DNA of 63,735 bases, filler included, from Octopus bimaculoides (taxonomy: Eukaryota), in assembly GCF_001194135.2 (NCBI RefSeq). It is 10 parts of 10 records of this genome, joined end to end, with 100 filler letters (N's around TTAATTAATTAA, not from the genome) between each part and the next. Parts side by side here need not be neighbours in the genome. Positions count along the whole stretch, not along the records: positions 1 to 14,406 come from NC_068994.1; 9 more parts are not named here. One strand, written 5' to 3'. How positions within the stretch are numbered: position 1 is the stretch's first letter; each line of letters opens with the position of its first letter. Below are positions 1 through 12,919 of this stretch, piece after piece. The translations under genes were made by a program, and so were the position numbers. The notes under the pieces are model-generated. The model was not told where the DNA came from and searched no databases. It saw only the letters and a list, made by a program, of their open reading frames with translations.

Positions 1-127
1 TGTGCTTGTATTTATGTATGTATATATATGTCTATGCATGTGTATGTACATATGTGAGTACACACAGACACACACACACACACGCACACATATACATATA
101 TATTTTATAGGAAAAATTTATCATCAT

Positions 128-410
128 AGGCGCAGGCGTGGCTGTGTGGTAAAAAGCTTTCTCCCCCGACCACATGGTTTCAGGTTCAGTCCCACTGCGT
201 GGAATCTTCGGCAAGTGTGTTCTTCGGGACAACCAAAGCCTTGTGAGTGGATTTGGTTGACAGAAAGTGGAAGAAGATCGTTCTATGTATACATGTATAT
301 ATGTGTGTGTGTGTGTGTGTGCGTGTGTGTGTGTTTGTGTCTGTGTTTTTTTTCCCCGAGCACCACAACCACCATCGCTTGACATCCCATGTTGGTGTGC
401 TTACGTTCTC
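128..410 (+). mobile_element. tRNA-derived SINE family A, 5' part with internal (TG)n
   Basis: GGCGCAGGCGTGGCTGTGTGGT head, GGTTCAGTCCCACTGCG B-box-like motif; same sequence recurs more than 20 times in the window. Confidence 0.85.
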
Positions 411-594
411 GAGCATGGAAATTATTGGTATACCTGTTGATGTAGAGGCAGATTAAAATGATACTACGATTGAGTGGGTGGGGGGTAGAAAATAACAGAC
501 GTGAACATAACATACTTGACAACAGAAATATTAATAGTGAAAATATTAATAATAACAATATGAATTTTAATAATGCTAATATCAATAGTAATAT

Positions 595-690
595 TTCTCC
601 TAGTTGCAATTGTAGAGTTAAATCCCACTGTCCGTTATTAGGCCGATGTATTACGCAGAACGTAATTTATAAATGTACAATAAATAACTA
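595..690 (+). mobile_element. Penelope-like element fragment (Cys-rich RT-endonuclease linker)
   Basis: Translates SPSCNCRVKSHCPLLGRCITQNVIYKCTI, matching the CNCRxKxxCPLxGxCxxxxVIY linker of Neptune-type PLEs. Confidence 0.7.
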
Positions 691-799
691 CAACTATTCC
701 ACCATATATATTTATTTATTTATTTATGTGTTTCAGCCAAGTGGCTGCGGTCATGCTGGTGCACCACGTGTGTATAACTTTGTGTGTGTGTGTGTGTGT

Positions 800-1000
800 G
801 TGTGTGTCTGACACCCAGCATCGCTTGACAACCGATGGTGGTGTGTTTACGTCCCCGTAACTTAGCGGTTCGGCAAAAGTGACTGATATAATAAGTAATA
901 GGCTTACAAAGAATAAGTCCAGGGTCGATTTGCTCGACTAAAGGCGCTGCTCCAGCATGACCGCAGTCAAACGACTGAAACAAATAAAAGAATAAAAGAA
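800..1000 (+). mobile_element. SINE family A, 3' half
   Basis: CGCTTGACAACCGATGGTGGTGTGTTTACGTCCCCGTAACTTAGCGGTTCGG through GACTGAAACAAATAAAAGAATAAAAG. Confidence 0.85.
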
Positions 1001-1111
1001 TATATATATATATATATATCGTCTGTGCATTTAGCATGTTTTTCAACTTGACCTTCTGAATCTTTTTTTTCCGTTTGTTTGTTTATTACTCTACGTATAT
1101 GACTTCAGAAA

Positions 1112-1142
<31 letters not shown>

Positions 1143-1557
1143 TGTATGAATATGTATGTACGTATGTATGTGTGTATGTGTGTATGTACGTATGTTAGCA
1201 TGTATGTATGTACGTATGTATGTATGTGTATAGCCACTCACGCACATGTGCTCTGATATCACAGTCGCGTGCTAGTATATGTATGCTCGTGTATGTACAA
1301 ATGTATGTTTATAATAATTATATCTATGTATATATTTGTATATGTGTGTATCTATGTATATATCTTGTTTGTGTGTAATGTGTGATGTGTGGTGGTGGTG
1401 GTAGTGTGTGTGTGTGTGTGTGTGTGTGTTTGTGTTTGTGTGTATATTAGTATGTCTGTTTATACATCTTAACCAGTTTCTTGGCTAAAGTAATCTTTTC
1501 CGTGCTTGAACGGCCGCTGACCTCCCTATATAAACCACTCACAAATCACCTCAGTCC

Positions 1558-1995
1558 TCTCACCATCTCCACCACCACCACCACCACCTCCNNNNNNNNN
1601 NNNNNNNNNNNNNNNNNNNNNNNNNNNNNNNNNNNNNNNNNNNNNNNNNNNNNNNNNNNNNNNNNNNNNNNNNNNNNNNNNNNNNNNNNNNNNNNNNNNN
1701 NNNNNNNNNNNNNNNNNNNNNNNNNNNNNNNNNNNNNNNNNNNNNNNNNNNNNNNNNNNNNNNNNNNNNNNNNNNNNNNNNNNNNNNNNNNNNNNNNNNN
1801 NNNNNNNNNNNNNNNNNNNNNNNNNNNNNNNNNNNNNNNNNNNNNNNNNNNNNNNNNNNNNNNNNNNNNNNNNNNNNNNNNNNNNNNNNNNNNNNNNNNN
1901 NNNNNNNNNNNNNNNGATCCCATACCACGACCATCACTACCACCATCACTATCAAAAACAACAAGAATACCATGACGACGACGACCACCACCACC

Positions 1996-2028
<33 letters not shown>

Positions 2029-2200
2029 AACAACAATAATACCACCACATCGACCACCACCATCACGACCACCATCACGACCACCATCTCCACCACCACC
2101 ATCACCACCACCACCACCATCTCCACCACCAACTACAACAATACCACGACGACGACAACCACTACCACCATCACCATCATTATCATCATCATCATCATCA
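1558..2200. repeat. Degenerate (ACC)n/(ACG)n/(ATC)n trinucleotide tract spanning an N gap
   Basis: Directly visible; source of poly-Thr/Gly/Val pseudo-ORFs. Confidence 0.9.
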
Positions 2201-2307
2201 TTAAAGAAGGATCGACTTGCTACCCATAGCTGCCATATCTCCCTCATATCAATCTGAACAGAAAAGAAGGAATGCGGAAAGTCATATGAAGGTACATGGC
2301 TCATTGG

Positions 2308-2600
2308 TTAAAGCGTGTCGAGTTCACAATCATGAGGTAGTGAGTTTGATTCCCAGACCTGGCTGTGTGCTGTGCTCTCGAGCAAGTCTCTTTATTTCAC
2401 GTTGCTCCTTTTCACTCAGCTGTAGAAATCAGTTGTGACGTCACTGGTGCCAAGCTGAATCGGCCCCTTTGCCTTTCCCTTGGATAACATCAGTGGTATG
2501 GAGATCGTAGGCTGGTCTTCCATAAACAACCTTATATGGACTTGTGCACCAGAGGGTGCAGTCCTATGGTCATTCAAAACCGAAGGGGTCCTTACCGCGT
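2308..2600 (+). mobile_element. tRNA-derived SINE family D (CORE-like central block)
   Basis: GGCTCATTGGTTAAAGCG A-box-like and GAGTTTGATTCCC B-box-like motifs, then GAGCAAGTCTCTTTATTTCACGTTGCTCC...CACTCAGCTG; related to 37176-37407. Confidence 0.6.
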
Positions 2601-2944
2601 ATTATCAAATGGCTATGAAGGTCTACCCGAATAAAACAGGAAATGAAGGGGTCCATAGCTTAAAAATGAGAACAACTGATATAGGTACAAACTGTATTTT
2701 GATGTCTTATAAAAAGATGATGCATTGAGGGTTTCCCTAATTTTTTGTGGGGGCGCTGGTATGCGCCAGGTTGAAGCCCACTGAAATAGCTTGCAGAAAT
2801 TTTATATCGGGGTGCAGCTTTTCAAGGCGGATGTACCCCTATCTGCTTTGTAAGTTTGTCTGATGCATTCTATATTCTTAGAGAAGCCAGGAATATTTCG
2901 TAAACTTCAACACTGTAAGAGATATTAGAAAACGTTACTAATTG

Positions 2945-2998
<54 letters not shown>

Positions 2999-2999
2999 C

Positions 3000-3122
3000 T
3001 TTCAAATTTTGGTCCATGGCCAGCAAATTCAGGGGAGGGACTGAGTCGATTAGATCAATCCCTGTACTCAACTGGTACTTATTTTATCGACCCCGGCGGA
3101 ATTTGAACTTAGAACGTAATGA
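3000..3122 (-). mobile_element. SINE family C fragment
   Basis: Reverse complement of AAATTCCGCCG...GTCGATAAAATAAGTACCAGTTGAG seen at 36121 and 59020. Confidence 0.7.
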
Positions 3123-5210
3123 CTTTTTAAAGGAAAGCTTTATATTAAAAGGCTTTATATCAAAAAGGGTTAATTAAATGTCCGGAAACAAGCATGGGTG
3201 TTTAGGATAAGCTTATGAAAAGGCTTTAGACAAGCAAAGGGTTTAGGATAAGTTCATGAAAAGGCTTTCGACAAGCAAAGGGTTAAGCCTGCTCTGGAAT
3301 CATGAGCTTCCCCGTTTGATCTTACAGAGTGACATCTTGGGAAAATGTCTTTTTACCATAGCTACGGATCGTTCAAAGCCCTGTGGGAGAAAAAGGCCTG
3401 ATGGAAATCACACGGAAGGTCACACAGATTGTAACAGTAATTCAAAGGGTCAGTCCTGTTACGTGCTGTGTCACGCTGATTCTTTGTGTCACAATCGTGT
3501 TTTAAGGGTACGCGTGTCTGTGAAACTGCTAGACTCTTTCGTCGCTTCGACTTAGGAGACATGACTTACTCCATCGCCGCTGGACTTAGAAAAGGACAGT
3601 GTTATGCTGTTGGTGTCGGTCTCTTGGTTTACTGAACAAACTGCACAATGGATTTTATTATCATGAGCGAGGCTTGTGCAGAGCCAGTCCCACTCTCTCG
3701 CCTTTTAAACTTGTATGGTCTGGTACAACAAGTATCAAGAGATCAGTAGATATCAGGGAACAGAATTTGTATGGTGTTAGCTTTTCTTAAGTCAGCAGCT
3801 AAAAAGCCGAAGGGCCTTACTTGCTTTGGGTGACCTTCACCCGGGAGCGATTCCGTGACATACAGTTCAACCCTTAGCTGAAACTCTGACAGGTTGCTGC
3901 TTCTCGGAGTCAAAGCAGACCTGGAAACAATGGTAGGTAAGAGGTGGTTCCATACTTCCCAGAACTCCCTGGAATTCCCGAACCGGATGCAATTAAGTCA
4001 TACCCAGGAGAAGTCTGTGGAATACTTTGCCGATTACATGGTAATTCAAAGAGCACGTAATGCAGTGAATCAAACAAGTGAATAATCACCGTCGAAACCA
4101 ACGGAGATCCACTACTTTACAAAGACCTTAACGGCGTATCTTTGGTGGGATATGATCTCAGAAACAATGTGCTTGTAATCCAATGCTGTATTCATTTAGT
4201 CATTTGTCTTTGGTGTATGGTGGGGTGGTGGGGAGTCATAATTTAGAGAAAGGCATCCTGTCGAGTCGGCCCACGTAAGCTGGTGATCGATCATTTTGAC
4301 AAATGAGCCAGATATCGGATATCGGCTACGAGCACAAATACCATCGTTCATTCCAGATCAAATGTGCACAAGAATAAACAAGAATTCTAATATTTCATGA
4401 CAACCCACAAATCCCAAATACCAAGATGTTTGGTGTTTTAAGTTTCTTTTTGTTTCTGTTTCTTTGAAAAATACTTATGTAAGTCACTAAAGGAATTAAA
4501 GCAACAACAACAACAACAACAGCAACAACAATAACAACAACAACAACAACAGAAGCAACAACAACTACTACAACAACAAAATATTTGTCTGTCAATTCCG
4601 TATAATAGTATATATTTCATTTTGATATTTTAAATGCTTACAGCTCAGACGTGATTGTGTGACTGAGAAGTTTGCTTCGAAACCAAGTGGCTCCCAGTTT
4701 GACTCCACTACCCGGAACCTTGTGCAAGTGTCTTTTACTACAGGCCGATCAATGCCTTATGAATATGTTTGGTAAATGGAAACTCGTGTGGAAGCGCGTC
4801 GTGTAAACATACGCGTGCGTGTATGTGAGTGTATGTGTGTGTGTGTGTACTTATGCATACGTGTATCCACACACACACAGATATATATATATATATAATA
4901 ATAAAGATAATTATAAAAAGTAACAACAAAAGAATGAGACCTCGATATTAGATAGATAGAGCATTATTTATATATGTTATAATTTAGAACAAACAGCAAA
5001 AGGTTGTCATCATAATACGAGAATGTAGCGTAGCTCTTCGCGCCGACATTCGAAATTCCGAGGACTACAGGGTATTCAATTTAAAAGTTGATTCGATTGA
5101 TTAACTGTCAAAATATTGGCACTCTCTGATTGGCTCAGATTAGTTCTCTTTGACTGGCTCGCAATGCCAAATTGATTTTAGCCTTTTACAAGTGTAATGC
5201 ATTCATTCGA

Positions 5211-5597
5211 GTGGAGGCGCAATGGCCCAGTGTTTAGGGCAGCGGACTCGCGGTCATGGGATCGCGGTTTCGATTCCCAGACCGGGCGTTGTGAGTGTTT
5301 ATTGAGCGAAAACACCTAAAGCTCCACGAGGCTCCGGCAGGGGATGGTGGCGAACCCTGTCGTACTCTTCCACCACAACTTTCTCTCACTCTTACTTTCT
5401 GTTTCTGTTGTGCTTGTAATTCAAAGGGTCAGCCTTGTCACACTGTGTCACGCTGAATATCTCCGAGAACTACGTTAAGGGTACACGTGTCTGAGGAGTG
5501 CTCAGCCACTTGCACGTTAATTTCACGAGCAGGCTGTTCCGTTGATCGGGTCAACTGGAACCCTCGACATCGTAAGCGACGGAGTGCCAACAACAAC
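5211..5597 (+). mobile_element. tRNA-derived SINE family B, full length
   Basis: GTGGAGGCGCAATGGCCCAGTG A box, GGTTTCGATTCC B box, (CAA)n tail; near-identical copies at 25059-25348 and 49026-49412. Confidence 0.9.
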
Positions 5598-5629
5598 GGA
5601 ATTTCAACAACATCAACAGGATATGTATG

Positions 5630-5663
<34 letters not shown>

Positions 5664-6659
5664 TTACGTGTGTTTGTGTGTTTCTCTGTGTGTATTTGCT
5701 GTACATATGAGTGGTGAAGTGTGTGTATACGAACATGTGTTTTTACAATGTCGCACTCAATATTATATGGAACACAATTGTAGTGAGAGTAAAGCAACAA
5801 GGTCGACGACGACGACAGCGACAATAACAACAACAACAACAACACAAATGTATAAAATAGTTCAAGAAAGTACTCGACATCTCATCCTGAACAAAAAAAA
5901 AAATACCCACTTAGAATAAAATGAAATCCAATAAGAATTAACAAAAATAATAACACGTCACAATTTGACATTTGGACAAATTGTTCAAGGGAGAAAACCC
6001 ATACCGACAAATGACAAACACCGTTTAACAAGATGTCAAGATTTTGTCTCTATGTGTCTTCCAGTGCAAGCGAGTTTCTTTGAAGAAAAATAACTCAATA
6101 AATAAATAAATAAATAATAAACAATATGAAATAAGACAAGTCTACTTAATGGCATGTGTTTTTGCGGTTATATATTTGGAGTTTTTCTTTCAGTTTTGTA
6201 AGACATGGATTTGTTTTTCTTGTTGCTGTTGGTGTTGATGTTTTAAGTGATTTCGTTCTTTAAGCTGCAATGGTTTAAGTTTAAATAGGTTCAAGGAAGC
6301 GAATTAAAGACCCCTGCAATACACTGGAAAAAGATACGCAAAACAATGTCAATAGGAATGCTTGTTTTTTAATTTACATGTCTATGTAACTACAGTACAC
6401 ACGTACACATTTGTGTGTATATATATATATATATATATNNNNNNNNNNNNNNNNNNNNNNNNNNNNNNNNNNNNNNNNNNNNNNNNNNNNNNNNNNNNNN
6501 NNNNNNNNNNNNNNNNNNNNNNNNNNNNNNNNNNNNNNNNNNNNNNNNNNNNNNNNNNNNNNNNNNNNNNNNNNNNNNNNNNNNNNNNNNNNNNNNNNNN
6601 NNNNNNNNNNNNNNNNNNNNNNNNNNNNNNNATATATATATGTATGTATGTACATATAA

Positions 6660-6812
6660 GAGCAGATGAGTGGTAAGACGTTTGCTTTCCAACCACATGG
6701 TTCTGGGTTCAGTCCCATTGCGTGTCATCTGAGGCAAGTGTCTTCCACTATAGCTTCGGGCCGACCAAAACCTTGTGAGTGGATTTGGTAGACTGGAACT
6801 GAAAGAAGTGTG
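6660..6812 (+). mobile_element. SINE family A, 5' half
   Basis: CCAACCACATGGTTCTGGGTTCAGTCCCATTGCG through ACTGAAAGAAG. Confidence 0.8.
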
Positions 6813-7382
6813 CTTAGATGAAGATCTTAAAATCTCTCCATCCAAACTAAAAGACCAAGTGCTACATATGAGGAAGCAAAACTCATCTAAGAACTTTCTG
6901 CACAGAATGACTTAAAGAGCAAAACTAACAAGAAATAAAAGATTATGAAGATTGCCGGTTCTAAGGCGATATCTGGGCACAGTTCGTAAGAGTCAGTAAG
7001 TAAAACAGTTCTGTCCTCATTACTAGTTACGAACCATGAAACATAAGAATCCTCCACACCCCTGTCACAAAAAAGGGTAATGACTCAGAAAAACAACAAT
7101 AGGTAGGAGTAAATGAAAAGGAAGTACCCCCTCATAACAGTATCACCATTTTCTTTTATAAGGATGGGATCCAGACGGAAGTCGAAGTGGGGTCACGCAG
7201 ACTTCTTAAACAAAAAGTAAAGAATAGAAAAGAAAAGAGAACCCATCCTTGCAAATCTCTAAAAGACACGAAATGCGATACCCCCACCTACATACGAAGG
7301 GCAGCTAAAATATTCTGTGTTGCGGAACCAGCGCCTTACCTTGAACGAATTAAAACCTCCAGTTCTTCGCAAGATCAACAGG

Positions 7383-7750
7383 CGTAGGAGTGGTTCCGGG
7401 TTCAGTCCCACTGCGTGACACCTTGGACAAGTGTCTTCTACTATAGCCTCGGGCCGACCAAAACCTTGTGAGTGGATTTGGTAGACGGAAACTGAAAGAA
7501 GCCCGTCGTATATACGTATATATGCATGTGTGTGTATATGTTTGTGTGTCTGTGCTTGCCTCCCCAAGATCGCTTGACAACCGATGCTAGTGTGTTTACG
7601 TCCCCATAACTTAGCGGTTCGGCAAAAAGAGACCGATAGAATAAGTACTAGGCTTACAAAGAATAAGTCCTGGGGCCGATTTGTTCGACTAAAGGCGGAG
7701 CTCCAGCATGGCCGCAGTCAAATGACTGAAACAAGTAAAAGAGTAAAAGA
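7383..7750 (+). mobile_element. SINE family A, near full length
   Basis: Head, internal TA/TG block and GTAAAAGA tail all present. Confidence 0.9.
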
Positions 7751-7778
7751 GAAAGAGTATATATATATATATATATAT

Positions 7779-8060
7779 GACTGCGGCCATGCTGGAGCAC
7801 CGCCTTTAGTCGAACAAATCGACATCAGGACTTATTCTTTGTAAGCCTAGTACTTATTCTGTCGGTCACTTATATATATATATATATATATACTATGGAC
7901 TTCTTTCAGTTTACCGTCTACGAAATCTACTCTCAAGGCTTCGGTTAACCCGGGGTTATCGTAGAAAGCACAAGTCCGAGATGCAACGCAGTAGGACGGA
8001 ACCCGGTACCCTGTAGTTAGCAAGCAGACGTCTTATGATACTGCCACGCCTGCACCTACA
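7779..8060 (-). mobile_element. SINE family A, inverted degenerate copy (two pieces)
   Basis: GACTGCGGCCATGCTGGAGCACCGCC is the reverse complement of the family 3' end; 7895-8060 is a decayed 5' half. Confidence 0.75.
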
Positions 8061-8389
8061 GCCACCTCGTTATAGATACCTAACTATAATTATTTTATGA
8101 TTTGTCGTACTTCTCTTAAAATTTAATCTGTGTAAACATTTGCGTGTTGCTGTCGTTTCTATGCACCCGCGCGCGTGCTTGTAGATGTGTGTGCCTGTAC
8201 ATGTGCATGTGTGTGTGTGTGTATGTGTGTGTGTGTGTGTGAGTGTGAGTGTGCGTGCGTGTGCGGTGTGTGCATAAATGTCTGGAAAAAATGCAGTAAT
8301 ATAACTTGTTAAACGGGTTCGAATTCCTGAACGAGCGCTTGACAGGAAAGAAGATAAAAAAAAAAACCAAGCTGGGTAACAGGAAACAC

Positions 8390-8555
8390 CACTGCTACTA
8401 CTACTACTACTACCACCACCATCTCCACTAATACTACTACCACTACTACCACCCCCACCACTACCATTACTATTACTATCATAGCTGCTGCTGTTACTAC
8501 AACTGCCACCCCCACCACCCCCACCATTACTACTACTATTATAGCTGCTGCTGCA

Positions 8556-8586
<31 letters not shown>

Positions 8587-8589
8587 TAG

Positions 8590-8652
<63 letters not shown>

Positions 8653-8733
8653 TAAGTTTTACTATAACTACTACTGCTACTGTTGCCGCGTCTATAGCTG
8701 CAGTTTCTACTACTACTGTTACTACTACTACTA

Positions 8734-8797
<64 letters not shown>
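8390..8797. repeat. (ACT)n/(ACC)n degenerate trinucleotide tract
   Basis: Directly visible. Confidence 0.9.
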
Positions 8798-9843
8798 ACA
8801 ACAAAAGCAACAAAAGATTGTGTGCATGGTGAATGAACGGCTGACGTCCGAAAGCAGAACGAGAGCGTAGAGTAGTTAAGTTCACGGTTTTNNNNNNNNN
8901 NNNNNNNNNNNNNNNNNNNNNNNNNNNNNNNNNNNNNNNNNNNNNNNNNNNNNNNNNNNNNNNNNNNNNNNNNNNNNNNNNNNNNNNNNNNNNNNNNNNN
9001 NNNNNNNNNNNNNNNNNNNNNNNNNNNNNNNNNNNNNNNNNNNNNNNNNNNNNNNNNNNNNNNNNNNNNNNNNNNNNNNNNNNNNNNNNNNNNNNNNNNN
9101 NNNNNNNNNNNNNNNNNNNNNNNNNNNNNNNNNNNNNNNNNNNNNNNNNNNNNNNNNNNNNNNNNNNNNNNNNNNNNNNNNNNNNNNNNNNNNNNNNNNN
9201 NNNNNNNNNNNNNNNNNNNNNNNNNNNNNNNNNNNNNNNNNNNNNNNNNNNNNNNNNNNNNNNNNNNNNNNNNNNNNNNNNNNNNNNNNNNNNNNNNNNN
9301 NNNNNNNNNNNNNNNNNNNNNNNNNNNNNNNNNNNNNNNNNNNNNNNNNNNNNNNNNNNNNNNNNNNNNNNNNNNNNNNNNNNNNNNNNNNNNNNNNNNN
9401 NNNNNNNNNNNNNNNNNNNNNNNNNNNNNNNNNNNNNNNNNNNNNNNNNNNNNNNNNNNNNNNNNNNNNNNNNNNNNNNNNNNNNNNNNNNNNNNNNNNN
9501 NNNNNNNNNNNNNNNNNNNNNNNNNNNNNNNNNNNNNNNNNNNNNNNNNNNNNNNNNNNNNNNNNNNNNNNNNNNNNNNNNNNNNNNNNNNNNNNNNNNN
9601 NNNNNNNNNNNNNNNNNNNNNNNNNNNNNNNNNNNNNNNNNNNNNNNNNNNNNNNNNNNNNNNNNNNNNNNNNNNNNNNNNNNNNNNNNNNNNNNNNNNN
9701 NNNNNNNNNNNNNNNNNNNNNNNNNNNNNNNNNNNNNNNNNNNNNNNNNNNNNNNNNNNNNNNNNNNNNCACACACACACACATATTTATGTGTTCCTAT
9801 TTGCTTTTTACTTTCATTGGTTCCAGCCTGTGTATTGTCAACT

Positions 9844-9893
<50 letters not shown>

Positions 9894-10499
9894 GGTTTGT
9901 TTGCCTGTCTGCCTGCCTGTCTGTCTGCTGTCTGTCTGTCTATCTATCTATCTATCTGTCTGTCTATCTATCTTCCATATATCTGCATGCACACACATAT
10001 AGTATATCTCTGCATGTAAAAAAACCCATAAAAAAGAAAGCAATAAAACAAAGCAAAACAACAAAAAACAGCGAAGAAAAAAACAGAAAATGGTATAGAG
10101 AGATCAGGTAGATAAAAAGTACGAGGACAAATATGGAGGGAAAATAGAAAATTCTAAATTGCTGCTCAAACATGGCGATTGTCCTGGAACAAAAGCATGC
10201 CATAAATATAACTTTCAATGTAGTTGCACAACATTGTAACTTGGTGAGGGAAAACAAACAACGACTAAACTTGAGATTGTATTCAGATTAAATCTTCGCT
10301 CGTCTAAGATAGGTCTTTTTTTTATCGTGTAGTCGGAAGAGAAGGCAGTGTATATGAACTGTGTAGAGACTCCGAGACTGGCGAGTGAGATGGCGGAAGG
10401 ATTGTTCATACTGGAGTCCTGGCCTGGATGCTTACAATAGAGTGAAACTCCTCTGAATGCAGGCAATATGACAAGTGGTGTTGTCATACCAGGCGGTGA

Positions 10500-12200
10500 A
10501 TTAATACCACCCTTTTAGGCTTCGGAAGAGCGCAATGCGCTGGAACAACTATGGCAAATTATTCGGTCCAACATCGTAAACTAAAAGAAAAGCCTATTTG
10601 ATTTTAACTCAGACCGCAATGCGCTGGAACAACTGTGGCAAATTATTTGGTCCAACATCGTAAACTAAAAGAAAAGCCCATTTAACTTTAAGTGAGCACG
10701 AACACAACTTAAGCCACGAGCCCGTCTGTAGACTTATAATCCCTCCCCACTTGAAGTAAAATAGGTTTAGCAGCCCCAAAATTACTAAATCATATTAATA
10801 ATAGAATTAAGAAGCTACAAAAAGTACAGCAATGGTCAAAAAGTAACACTGTTTTAGACAAATTTAGGAATATAAAATACAAATATAGAGCTAAATTTAG
10901 ACCAATCGACAATGTGGATTTTTACCCTTCGATCGAGGTTCTTGTTGGACAAAGCAAAAAAGTTCGCCAGAAAAAATGTCACCATTGACCAAACAGATCT
11001 TGAGTTTATCATGTATGCACGAAAAACTCTCTTCTTTTGGAAGAGTTTAGCAGGAGTCAAGAATCTGAACAAGGAGAAGTATTTGATGTATCGATGGATT
11101 TGTATGATAGTACTGGCATATTTGATCTTGTAGGACCGCTTATATCAATATCTTAATATTTAAGGTTCCCTCCCATACTATGATACTGTATGAAGCATAT
11201 CCCGCAGCTGTGGTGGTCATACTTTCGATACATTTAGGAAAAATCTCATTTAGATCTCTGTATTATAATAATAAAAAATCTCACTAAAATTTATTTCTTA
11301 GACGCTTCCTAGGACCAACTCTTATACTCTTACAAGCCCTACCATAAACCCAATGAAAAAATTACGTATATACACAAGCAGTCTTGTCACCCACCGATCG
11401 ACTTTAAAAACCTTATAGACAATATTAGTAATAGGATATAATATCTTTCCTCCTTTTAGGAAATATTCGATTAGGCAACTCTCCTACAATAATAACGCCC
11501 TGGCCAACAAAATTTTTAACTAGAAGTTAACTTGCACTACGACCATAAAAAGAGAGAGGCATAAAAAAAGATTATATCGCACGATCCTCACTTTCTCTTT
11601 GAATGTTAAGACAAACATAGGTGGGAAATTCCTAGCCTTGATAGATAAGCATCTCCCGGATAGCCATAGATATAAGAAAATCTTTTGATAGGTATTTTGT
11701 GAAAGTTCCTTAAAGCTGCTGTCCCAACATGACAAACATTATTACACGTAAGTCACACGAAGCGACCAATCCAAACTGTAAATTCAGGAACACAGACACT
11801 TGTCTACTCGACCAGGCATGTATAATTAGCTCAGTTGTATACGATGTCGAGATCACTTCAGTTCTATCAAATAAAGAAGCCGAGAAGAAAAAAATATATT
11901 GGACTATGTGAATGTGACTTCAGAAAAGATAAGCCTTCTTTCTGGTACGTATAACAAGAAGAAAACCTATATGCTAGCAAGCCACATCTGCAACATGAAG
12001 GCGAGAAGTACTCCTCCCCACCACACATCATCAAGTGGAACATCGTTGAGCGATCTACATACAATAATGGGTCACGGAGATGCAGGATTTGTAAAGCCGA
12101 AATAGCTCATATCCATCTTAAACTGAAGAACTCCACCGATCCATTGAAAACGGGGTCAGAGATTTTCACAAGATGCAAACATCTCAGCATTTTTTGTTAT
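10500..12200 (+). mobile_element. Decayed Penelope-like retroelement (Neptune-like): RT + Cys linker + GIY-YIG endonuclease
   Basis: Frame-broken motifs in the expected order: [132 protein letters not shown]. Confidence 0.85.
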
Positions 12201-12883
12201 CGAACTGGAGAGCACACCACTCTCCGGATTAGACAAAGTCTTAAAAACTTCAGCCTTTCCTCATTGGATTAATTCCCACAATCATTATTAATTCATATAT
12301 AAATTTTACCGTAATCCCCCTTCTAACCGCCTAAAGGGACATAACTTTTATATCCCTTCCTCTTTAAGTTTCCTTTCTTCGTTTCATTCATTTTTTTCCC
12401 GGTTTTACTATATTTTCTCGTCACATAACAATTTCTAAATGTATGTGTGTGCGTGTGCGTTTATGGGTGTGCATTTTTGTGTGCGTGTGTATGAGTGTTA
12501 GCCTGTATGTGTGTTTGTGTGTGTGTGTGTGTGTCTGTGTGTGTGTGTGTGTGCGTGTGCGTGTGCAATTGTCATTTACTGTCTATATATTTATTCATAC
12601 AAATAAAGAATCGGAGTTTGCAACTTAGTACGGCTGAAATTCGTAACAAAGTATATAATGTGACCGGTAAGTGTGCATGTGCGAGTGTCTGTCAGTATGT
12701 ATGTATGTGAGTATGTATGTTTGTATGTATATGTGCATGTATCTCTCTCTCTCTCTTCCCCCCTTCTCTCTCTCCATCTCTCCATCTATTTATTCTCTGT
12801 TCCACGTCTCTGCGTGTATGTGCTAGTGCGTGAGCGTGTGTGAGTGTGTGTGTGTGTGTGTGTGTGTCTGTGTCTCTATGTTT

Positions 12884-12919
<36 letters not shown>

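Noticed and set aside
5130-5200. Cluster of ATTGG (reverse CCAAT) boxes
   Set aside because: Wedged between two repeats with no other promoter evidence.
5211-5285. tRNA gene
   Set aside because: A and B boxes are present, but the sequence continues into a SINE body found in several copies, so it is a tRNA-derived SINE head.
6064-6125. Possible terminal exon (TTCCAG|..QASFFEEK*, then AATAAA)
   Set aside because: Very short, the AATAAA is part of a (TAAA)n microsatellite, and no upstream exon is visible.
8390-8800. Ser/Gly-rich minus-strand frame resembling a structural protein
   Set aside because: It is a degenerate (AGT)n/(GGT)n tract open in several frames, and similar tracts recur at 33310 and 42790.
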